DNA from: Bacteroidetes bacterium ADurb.Bin217
Lineage (GTDB): Bacteria; Bacteroidota; Bacteroidia; Bacteroidales; UBA1715
Assembly (NCBI GenBank): GCA_002069975.1
Contig: MWCJ01000003.1
Coordinates: forward strand, 17,657-81,656
Length of the DNA stretch: 64,000 bases
Direction of reading: 5' to 3'
This document shows positions 57,184 to 64,000 of this stretch, one piece after another; within the stretch, counting starts at the first letter, position 1; every line of letters starts with the position of its first letter. The position numbers and the translations under genes are program-made. Below the pieces are notes generated by a model. It had not been told where the DNA came from. It made no database searches and saw only the letters and a program-made list of their open reading frames with translations.

Positions 57184-58125
57184 GCCTTCTTCAACAAACA
57201 GTTTTACATTTCCATACACTTTCTGCATTAATGTAGCAAGTGCTTCATTACTTATCCATGCAACATGTGGTGTAATAATAATCTTATGCGATATTTCATT
57301 ATTTTGTAATAAAGGCGAATTTATATCTAATGGTTCCTGCTGCATCACATCTAAACAAGCACCCGCTAAATATTGTTTTTGTAAAGCTTCAGACAAATCA
57401 TTTTCGTTTATTATACCACCTCTCCCTACATTTATGATATATGCATGTTGTTTCATCTGTTTAAATTCAGCTAAGCCAATAAGACCTTTTGTAGTATCGT
57501 TTAAAGGTGCATGAATACTTACAATATCGGAAATTTGTAAAAGTTCTTGTAAACTCTTTTGGGTATATGGTTGCGTATTATTCTTACCTGATGTAGAATA
57601 ATATACAACAGTACATCCAAAAACTTGAGCTATTTCAGCTACTCGTTTACCAATTGTCCCCATTCCTATAATACCCCACGTTTTACCTTGTAATTGCCAA
57701 TACCCCGGTCCTATATGAGTAAATAAAGACTGCTGTGAGTATACTGTACTCTGCACGTATGAATTATAATATCCAATATTATGCAATAAACTTAATAGCA
57801 TAGCAAATGTATGTTGAGCAACACTTTCGGTAGAATACCCTGCAACATTTTTAACAATAATTCCTTTACTTGCAGCATATTCCAAGTCAACATTATTCAT
57901 TCCCGTAGCCGTCAAACAAACTAATTGTAATTGTTTACAATTATCTATAATATATGCATCAATCAATACTTTATTTGTTATAATAATTGTAGCATCGGCA
58001 ATATGATGTATTCTCTCATGTATATGTGTAGTTTTATAAACAGTAAGTTGTCCAAAATCTTTAAAAGGATCAAAAACAGAAACATCGCCAACTGTATCGG
58101 CATCCAACACTACAATTTTATTCAT
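57178..58125 (-). CDS. D-isomer specific 2-hydroxyacid dehydrogenase (glycerate dehydrogenase-like)
   Basis: NAD-binding GIIGMGTIGKRVA, and the catalytic region NVGRGGII ... TPHVAW. Confidence 0.85.
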   Translation of the reverse strand: MNKIVVLDADTVGDVSVFDPFKDFGQLTVYKTTHIHERIHHIADATIIITNKVLIDAYIIDNCKQLQLVCLTATGMNNVDLEYAASKGIIVKNVAGYSTESVAQHTFAMLLSLLHNIGYYNSYVQSTVYSQQSLFTHIGPGYWQLQGKTWGIIGMGTIGKRVAEIAQVFGCTVVYYSTSGKNNTQPYTQKSLQELLQISDIVSIHAPLNDTTKGLIGLAEFKQMKQHAYIINVGRGGIINENDLSEALQKQYLAGACLDVMQQEPLDINSPLLQNNEISHKIIITPHVAWISNEALATLMQKVYGNVKLFVEEGL

Positions 58126-58136
58126 GATAAATGGTA

Positions 58137-59999
58137 TTAATTATTTTTTTCTTGTAATTCTAACCAACGCAACTCCTTAGCTTCAAGTTGTTGTATAATA
58201 AGTCCAATTTTTTTAGATTTTTCGAGTAAATCAGAAGAACTAAGTGTTCCTGATTGTAAAAGTTGTTCAATCGACAGTTTTTCTTTTTCTAACATTTCAA
58301 TATCCTGTTCTATCGAAATCAATTCATTTTTTTCTTTAAACGACAAACCTTTCCGTTCTTTTGAAACCGGTTCTACAGATTTAGTAACAGTAACTTTATC
58401 AGCAATTTGTATAGATTGTTCAGCTATTTTTTCTTGAATTTTAAATTGGGTATAATTCCCCGAAAAATCTTCGATTACACCTTTTCCTCTGAATACGAAC
58501 AAATGGTCTACAACTTTATCTGTAAAAAATCTATCGTGAGATACTATTATAACACAACCCGAGAATTGAGCTAAATAGTCTTCGAGAATTTGCAAAGTAA
58601 ATAAATCTAAATCATTAGTAGGTTCATCAAGTATAAGGACATTTGGCTTCTTCATTAATATTGTCATCAAGTACAACCGTTTTTTCTCGCCTCCACTTAA
58701 ACGCGACACATACATATAATGCATATTACGGGGAAATAACCACGATTCAAGAAATTGAGCCGGGCTAATAGATGTTCCATTTCCTATTTCAATACTTTCT
58801 GAAATATTTTGAATAACTTCAATAACCTTACAATCTTCGGTAAGCAACAAACCATCTTGCTTATAATAGCCAACCACTACAGTATCACCATAATCAATAT
58901 ATCCTGTATCGGGTTGTAATTGCTCTGAAATTATTTGCAAAAAAGTAGTTTTTCCACATCCATTAGGACCAATAATAGCAAGTTTTTCATTACGCTGAAA
59001 TAAATACGAAAAATTAGAGAGTATTACAGTAGTATTAAATGCCTTTGAAATATCATGCAATTCAATAACTTTATTTCCTAACCTACTTCCTTTGATAGCA
59101 ATATCAATTTGCTGATTGGAAACTACCTGAGTTGCCTTTTGTTGAATATTTGTAAATGCGTCGATTCTATATTTTGCTTTTGTTCCACGAGCCCGAGGTT
59201 GTTTACGAATCCATTCGAGTTCGGTACGCATAAGATTTTTTGCTTTAGTAATTTCGGTAGAGAGCAATACTTGTCGTTCATGTTTTTTTTCGAGATAATA
59301 CGAGTAATTACCGGCATACTTAAACGCTTGCAAACTGTCAATCTCAAGTATTGTATTACATACTCTGTCTAAAAAATATCTGTCGTGAGTAACCATAAGC
59401 AATGTACATTGCAAACTATCGAGTGTATCCTCTAACCACTCAATTACATCTAAATCAAGATGATTTGTAGGTTCATCGAGTATTAATAAATCGGGATTAT
59501 TCAATAATACTTTAGCTAAAGCAACTCTCTTTTTTTGTCCTCCCGATAATATATGTACTGGTCTTGAAGTATCGGTAAATCCAAGTTTAGAAAGCATATA
59601 ATTTACCGTATGTTCGTAATTCCAAACATTATGAACATCGAGTTGGTGTGATAATTTTTCGATAGTATCAGTATCGTTTTGCGATGATGCCAGTGAATAT
59701 TGCTCTAATAACGAAACTACTGTTGAATTCGATTTAAAAACCTCATCATAGATAGAATTTGAACCCAATAATTCAGGATTTTGCTCCAAATATCCAATTA
59801 CACAATCCGGTTGAATAAATATTTCTCCATCTTGCGGAGTATCTTTACCTAATAAAAGAGAAAGTAATGTAGTTTTACCGGCACCATTTTTTGCAACCAA
59901 AGCAACCTTTTCGCCTTTATTAATATCAAAATTAAGATTTTGAAACAAAACTACATCACCAAAATATTTTGTTAATCGTTCTACGTGTATTATTGCCAT
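58137..59999 (-). CDS. ABC-F family ATPase
   Basis: Two ABC domains (NGAGKTTLL/LSGGQKKR and NGCGKTTFL/LSGGEKKR) and a C-terminal coiled coil. The start is reset to MAIIHVERL because the longer ORF runs through a terminator hairpin. Confidence 0.9.
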   Translation of the reverse strand: MAIIHVERLTKYFGDVVLFQNLNFDINKGEKVALVAKNGAGKTTLLSLLLGKDTPQDGEIFIQPDCVIGYLEQNPELLGSNSIYDEVFKSNSTVVSLLEQYSLASSQNDTDTIEKLSHQLDVHNVWNYEHTVNYMLSKLGFTDTSRPVHILSGGQKKRVALAKVLLNNPDLLILDEPTNHLDLDVIEWLEDTLDSLQCTLLMVTHDRYFLDRVCNTILEIDSLQAFKYAGNYSYYLEKKHERQVLLSTEITKAKNLMRTELEWIRKQPRARGTKAKYRIDAFTNIQQKATQVVSNQQIDIAIKGSRLGNKVIELHDISKAFNTTVILSNFSYLFQRNEKLAIIGPNGCGKTTFLQIISEQLQPDTGYIDYGDTVVVGYYKQDGLLLTEDCKVIEVIQNISESIEIGNGTSISPAQFLESWLFPRNMHYMYVSRLSGGEKKRLYLMTILMKKPNVLILDEPTNDLDLFTLQILEDYLAQFSGCVIIVSHDRFFTDKVVDHLFVFRGKGVIEDFSGNYTQFKIQEKIAEQSIQIADKVTVTKSVEPVSKERKGLSFKEKNELISIEQDIEMLEKEKLSIEQLLQSGTLSSSDLLEKSKKIGLIIQQLEAKELRWLELQEKNN

Positions 60000-60002
60000 A
60001 TC

Positions 60003-60033
60003 AAAAAAAAGGCTGTCAGTATATGACAGCCTT
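60003..60033 (-). terminator. rho-independent terminator
   Basis: Stem AAGGCTGTCA/TGACAGCCTT (60009-60033) followed by a T-run on the minus strand (A-run 60003-60010). Confidence 0.75.
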
Positions 60034-60061
60034 ATATATTTTACATTTACAAAATGATATT

Positions 60062-60523
60062 TTATTCTGTTGCATTGAATCCAATAAGCACTGCTACACA
60101 ACCACGAGCAAATGTATCGGTCATTTTATCGTCGTTAGGAGAAACTTCAATAGAAATAATTAATTGTTGACTTGACTCCATTTTGAAATCCCAAACACGA
60201 GCAAAATTTTTGTCGGCATTCGTAAACAACACATTTCTATCAGCATCCATTATAGTAAATTTGATACGTGGTAAACTTGCATCACCACAAATAGCAATAC
60301 GATAATTTTGATTTGAATAAAATGTTTTATACAATTCTGCCGATTCACCTTCCGATAATTCGGTTGCATTGTAAATTCCATCGTGAACATATGGATTTAA
60401 TGCCGGACGACATTCACTCTTAGCAAATGTTCTACATTGTCCGTAACCAGCTGTGCTAAACAATATGAATGCTGCTACTATACTTATTATTGTCCAAACT
60501 TTTTTCATAATACAATACTTCAT
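60062..60523 (-). CDS. hypothetical secreted protein
   Basis: Signal peptide and conserved Cys pairs. No motif is recognised. Confidence 0.45.
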   Translation of the reverse strand: MKYCIMKKVWTIISIVAAFILFSTAGYGQCRTFAKSECRPALNPYVHDGIYNATELSEGESAELYKTFYSNQNYRIAICGDASLPRIKFTIMDADRNVLFTNADKNFARVWDFKMESSQQLIISIEVSPNDDKMTDTFARGCVAVLIGFNATE

Positions 60524-60527
60524 TAAA

Positions 60528-61427
60528 TTATTGAATAATTGAGTTTCTTAATTTAGCTACAGCAGATTTTAGTTCATCATACTGTTTTTGGGTAATTTTT
60601 ATTTTTTGTTGAGATTTTAATTCAGTTTGTTTTGTTTCTAAATTAGTAACAACTTCTACTTTATCTGATTTTTGAATTTCGATAGATTCAAACGCTTTGA
60701 TAATAGGCTGAACCGCTTCTAACATATCAGAAATATCTTTGTTTGACTTATACGTTTCTAATAACTGTTTAAGTTCTCCTAAAGACATTTTTTGTTCAAC
60801 AATTCGTTCTATCAAATCCTTTTTCTCAATTTTATCAACCAAACTGGTAGCTAAATATAATCCTTCAATCCATCCACCTGCAAGAATCAATGCAGCAGTT
60901 TCAGGACGATTATCATCTTTTAATGAAGAATTTGAATTCATAAATGTTTCTGAAATAATACGAATAACAGAGTCTCTGTTATCATGATTAGCCTCTAAAC
61001 GATCGATAATAGATTGATCTATTGCAGCTAACAAATCTAAACCTATTGCTAGTTTTTTAGAAATATTCATATACTGCATTATTGTTTGATCTTGTTCAAA
61101 GATACTTGCATAACTTAAATCGGCACCATATACACCTAAATTTAGTGCTTTTTGTTTATCGGTATTATACTTCGAAGCATTTGATGTTGGATTTAACAAT
61201 GACTCATTATATGTAGCACCTGCTTTTTTTAACAAAAGTGATGTTTCTACCGGCGAAGGCAATGAAATCATTACTTTCTTCACATCTTGCACTACTTTGG
61301 CTTTCATTTCTTTATCTTTGTCAGTTGAATCACTTTTTGATTCGGAATTACAACTTACAAAAGCCGTTATTACGCCAAATAAAGCTATATAACGTACAAC
61401 TTTGAACAAATTTTCTCGCATAGACAT
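60528..61427 (-). CDS. hypothetical lipoprotein
   Basis: Lipobox AFVSCNS followed by a helical body. Confidence 0.45.
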   Translation of the reverse strand: MSMRENLFKVVRYIALFGVITAFVSCNSESKSDSTDKDKEMKAKVVQDVKKVMISLPSPVETSLLLKKAGATYNESLLNPTSNASKYNTDKQKALNLGVYGADLSYASIFEQDQTIMQYMNISKKLAIGLDLLAAIDQSIIDRLEANHDNRDSVIRIISETFMNSNSSLKDDNRPETAALILAGGWIEGLYLATSLVDKIEKKDLIERIVEQKMSLGELKQLLETYKSNKDISDMLEAVQPIIKAFESIEIQKSDKVEVVTNLETKQTELKSQQKIKITQKQYDELKSAVAKLRNSIIQ

Positions 61428-61587
61428 TAATTTTATTTATTGATGCAAATTTATGTTTGAGTAAAAATAATATATTTTTTTTAATTTCAAAAAATATTTT
61501 TTCATAATTCAAAAATAACATAAATTGTTTAAATAACACTGCTATTCGCAATTTTTTATTATCTATTTTTGAAAAAAATATTTTTCT

Positions 61588-62100
61588 ATGAATTCTTTAG
61601 ATAGTACAAAAAATCAAATCACCCAACTTTTACAATCAAAAGTTATTGAAAATCAATTGACTGCAATTTCTCACATTCGGCAAGCGGGCGACAAATTCCT
61701 CCTTGAACAAATGTTGGAATTACTTATTCTTACCTCAAATAAAGATGTAGAACGTGAGATTTTACGTTGTTTATGCGATATTAAAGACAACTCTATGCTC
61801 CCAATCATAATTGAAAGTTGCAAAAATCCTCGTTTCGAATCAAAAAAACAATCAATCTTACATTGTTTATGGCAAACCAACTTTGATATGCATGCATATA
61901 TCGATTATTTTATTTCACTTATACTTACCGAATCATTCGAAATTGGAATCGAAGCTCTTACTCTCATTGAAGTAGCTACTGAAAATTTGAACAACGATGA
62001 AAAAAAATCTTATATTGAATTGCTTAATCGAGAACTGAATGGTACTGATGCTCCGCAAATAAAATCCTTGCTGATACAAGCAATCGAAATTTTATCATAG
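61588..62100 (+). CDS. hypothetical helical-repeat protein
   Basis: Clean ORF with a HEAT-like helical repeat appearance only. Confidence 0.4.
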   Translation: MNSLDSTKNQITQLLQSKVIENQLTAISHIRQAGDKFLLEQMLELLILTSNKDVEREILRCLCDIKDNSMLPIIIESCKNPRFESKKQSILHCLWQTNFDMHAYIDYFISLILTESFEIGIEALTLIEVATENLNNDEKKSYIELLNRELNGTDAPQIKSLLIQAIEILS

Positions 62101-62104
62101 CATA

Positions 62105-62794
62105 CTATATATAAGTACGCTCTCCAAAAATTGTAGAGCCTATTCTTACAATAGTACTACCTTGTTCAATAGCCAACACATAATCTTGCGACATTCCCAT
62201 TGAAATATGTGTAAAATATGGAACATTTACAAAATATGCTTGTTTAAGTTCAATAAAAATAGACTTCAGATTCGCAAATTCTTGTGAAATTTGACGAGAA
62301 TCATCAACATACGAAGCCATTCCCATAACCCCATGTATTTGAATGTTTTGTAAATTTTTGAATTCATTATCAGCAAGTATTGCATGTGCTTCATTAAGAG
62401 AAAGACCAAATTTTGTTTCTTCTTGAGCTATAAAAAATTGCAATAAGCAAGGTATAATCCGATTACATTTTTGTGCTTCTTTATTAATGGCTTGCAATAA
62501 TTTTAAACTATCTACCCCATGAATCATGTGCACAAAAGGTGCTATATATTTAATTTTATTAGTTTGTAAATGCCCTATAAAATGCCAACGAATATCTTTG
62601 GGCATAAATTCATATTTCGCAACTAATTCCTGAACTTTATTTTCACCAAAGTCGCGAATTCCAATAGCATAGGCTTGCATTACATCGTGTACCGGTTTGG
62701 TTTTGGACACAGCAACCAACAATACATGCGAAGGAATAAATTTCTGTACTTCTCTAATATTATGTTGAATAGAATGTTCCATAGCGTCCGACAT
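62105..62794 (-). CDS. yggS: YggS-family pyridoxal phosphate homeostasis protein
   Basis: PLP lysine in LVAVSKTKP, HFIGHLQTNK, and IRIGSTIFGER. Confidence 0.9.
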   Translation of the reverse strand: MSDAMEHSIQHNIREVQKFIPSHVLLVAVSKTKPVHDVMQAYAIGIRDFGENKVQELVAKYEFMPKDIRWHFIGHLQTNKIKYIAPFVHMIHGVDSLKLLQAINKEAQKCNRIIPCLLQFFIAQEETKFGLSLNEAHAILADNEFKNLQNIQIHGVMGMASYVDDSRQISQEFANLKSIFIELKQAYFVNVPYFTHISMGMSQDYVLAIEQGSTIVRIGSTIFGERTYI

Positions 62795-62796
62795 AT

Positions 62797-62824
62797 AAAA
62801 AAAGCCTTGTTAAAACAAGGCTTT
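62797..62824 (-). terminator. rho-independent terminator
   Basis: Stem AAAGCCTTGT/ACAAGGCTTT (62801-62824) followed by a T-run on the minus strand. Confidence 0.75.
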
Positions 62825-62832
62825 ACTATTTA

Positions 62833-64000
62833 TTATTCTAATGAATGAAGTAACAATCCACTTCGTAATTTAGGTTCAAACCATGTAGTTTTTGGTGGCA
62901 TTATACAATCGTTATCGGCTATAGCCATTAATTGTTCCATTGATACAGGGAATAACGCAAAAGCAGCTTTCATTTCTCCACTATCTACACGTTTTTGTAA
63001 CTCTCCCAATCCTCGTATACCACCTACAAAATCAATTCGAGTACTACGACGCAAATCTTCTATATTGAGAATTGGACTTAAAATTTGCTCTGTTAAAATA
63101 GTAACATCTAATACTCCAATAGGATCGGCATCGTTAAAGGTTCCTGTTTTTGCGGTCAATGAATACCAATTACCTTCTACATATAATGCAAAATTATGTA
63201 ATACTGTTGGTTTGTATATTTGAGTTCCTTTATGTTCAACATCAAAAGATGTTTGTAATTTTGCAATAAACTCATCAACGCTTAATCCATTTAAATCTGT
63301 TACAACTCTATTATAATCAATAATTGTTAACTGATTAGCAGGGAAATTTACCGACAAAAAGAAATTATACTCTTCGTTACCGGTATGATTTGGATTATTT
63401 TTTCTTCGTTCGGCACCTACCAAAGCAGCAGCAGCTGTTCTGTGATGTCCGTCGGCAACGTATAAATAATCAATTTCATGTTTAAACAAGTATTCTATCC
63501 GTTTAATTTTAGCATCATTTTCAATAATCCATACATGATGCCCTACTCCATCTTGTGACACAAAATTATAAATTGGGTCGAGTAATATTGCATCATGAAT
63601 AATCATATCAATTTCTACATGATTTTTAAAAGCAAAAAATACAGGTTCTGCATTAAAATTCGTATAGCGAACATGATTCATTCTGTCTTCTTCTTTATCG
63701 GGACGAGTTAATTCATGTTTTTTTATTATATTATTTTCATAATCTTCAACACTTGCACCTCCAACTATACCATATTGCGTTTTTCCGTTCATAGTTTGTG
63801 CATATATATAATAGCAAGGTTTTGCATCTTGCAACAAAACTCCTGACACAATTAGGTGCTGCAAGTTTTCTTTTGCTTTGTCATATACAGGTTGCGAATG
63901 CACATCAATATGAGCCGGCAAATCAATTTCCGGTTTAATTACATGATAAAATGACAAATCATTTGTTCCCGCCTCTTGTTTTGCTTCATCAGAATTAAGA
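62833..64000 (-). CDS. DUF1015 domain protein (5' end outside window)
   Basis: The frame stays open from 63957 to the window edge (..LNSDEAKQEAGTNDLSFYHVIKPE). The conserved SF-x-H-x-I-x-PE block normally lies ~60 aa into DUF1015 proteins, and ADGHHR is present. Confidence 0.75.
   Translation of the reverse strand, partial: LNSDEAKQEAGTNDLSFYHVIKPEIDLPAHIDVHSQPVYDKAKENLQHLIVSGVLLQDAKPCYYIYAQTMNGKTQYGIVGGASVEDYENNIIKKHELTRPDKEEDRMNHVRYTNFNAEPVFFAFKNHVEIDMIIHDAILLDPIYNFVSQDGVGHHVWIIENDAKIKRIEYLFKHEIDYLYVADGHHRTAAAALVGAERRKNNPNHTGNEEYNFFLSVNFPANQLTIIDYNRVVTDLNGLSVDEFIAKLQTSFDVEHKGTQIYKPTVLHNFALYVEGNWYSLTAKTGTFNDADPIGVLDVTILTEQILSPILNIEDLRRSTRIDFVGGIRGLGELQKRVDSGEMKAAFALFPVSMEQLMAIADNDCIMPPKTTWFEPKLRSGLLLHSLE

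Noticed and set aside
60000-60101. N-terminal 34 aa extension of the ABC-F ORF.
   Set aside because: The extension runs through the terminator hairpin and T-run of the upstream gene (60003-60033). ABC-F proteins start near MAIIHVERL.

Overview
AT-rich Bacteroidota-type chromosomal segment, judged from TAnnTTTG -7 promoter boxes and from BamA/OmpH, T9SS-plug and TonB-receptor gene content. Most of the window is syntenic housekeeping: queE, ychF, rsmD, uvrA, dprA, hppA, engB, trkH, pdxJ, nadK, uppS, bamA, two ompH, murI, an ABC-F ATPase and yggS. There is also an exopolysaccharide export locus (GT4, Wza-like, Wzc-like, WecA-like). Between the M23 peptidase/small wHTH gene (ends 2832) and ychF (starts 16385) lies a ~13 kb accessory island. 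From 3884 to 15601 every gene in it is on the minus strand: a decayed RAYT/IS200-like Y1 transposase, four orphan very AT-rich ORFs, a class II Fic protein, and a tightly packed four-gene module. That module is XRE-HTH, a McrB-like AAA+ GTPase with extra N-terminal reader-like domains, a large DUF2357/McrC-like PD-(D/E)xK nuclease, and a COG2865 AlbA_2(Schlafen-like) protein. The island genes are separated by visibly G+C-richer imperfect palindromes of 110-260 bp that share sequence modules. In two cases short inverted repeats bracket the ORF units exactly, which could reflect integron-cassette/attC-like, REP/BIME-like or MITE-like elements. A ~85-115 nt degenerate direct repeat flanks the restriction-like module. 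I consider this repeat architecture and the four-gene module the most interesting content. Other observations are inverted repeats flanking the first two EPS-locus genes, a G-free octamer repeat with G-quadruplex potential, and a Gly-Tyr repeat tail on the Wzc kinase. All domain names come from motif recognition by eye. No database search was run.
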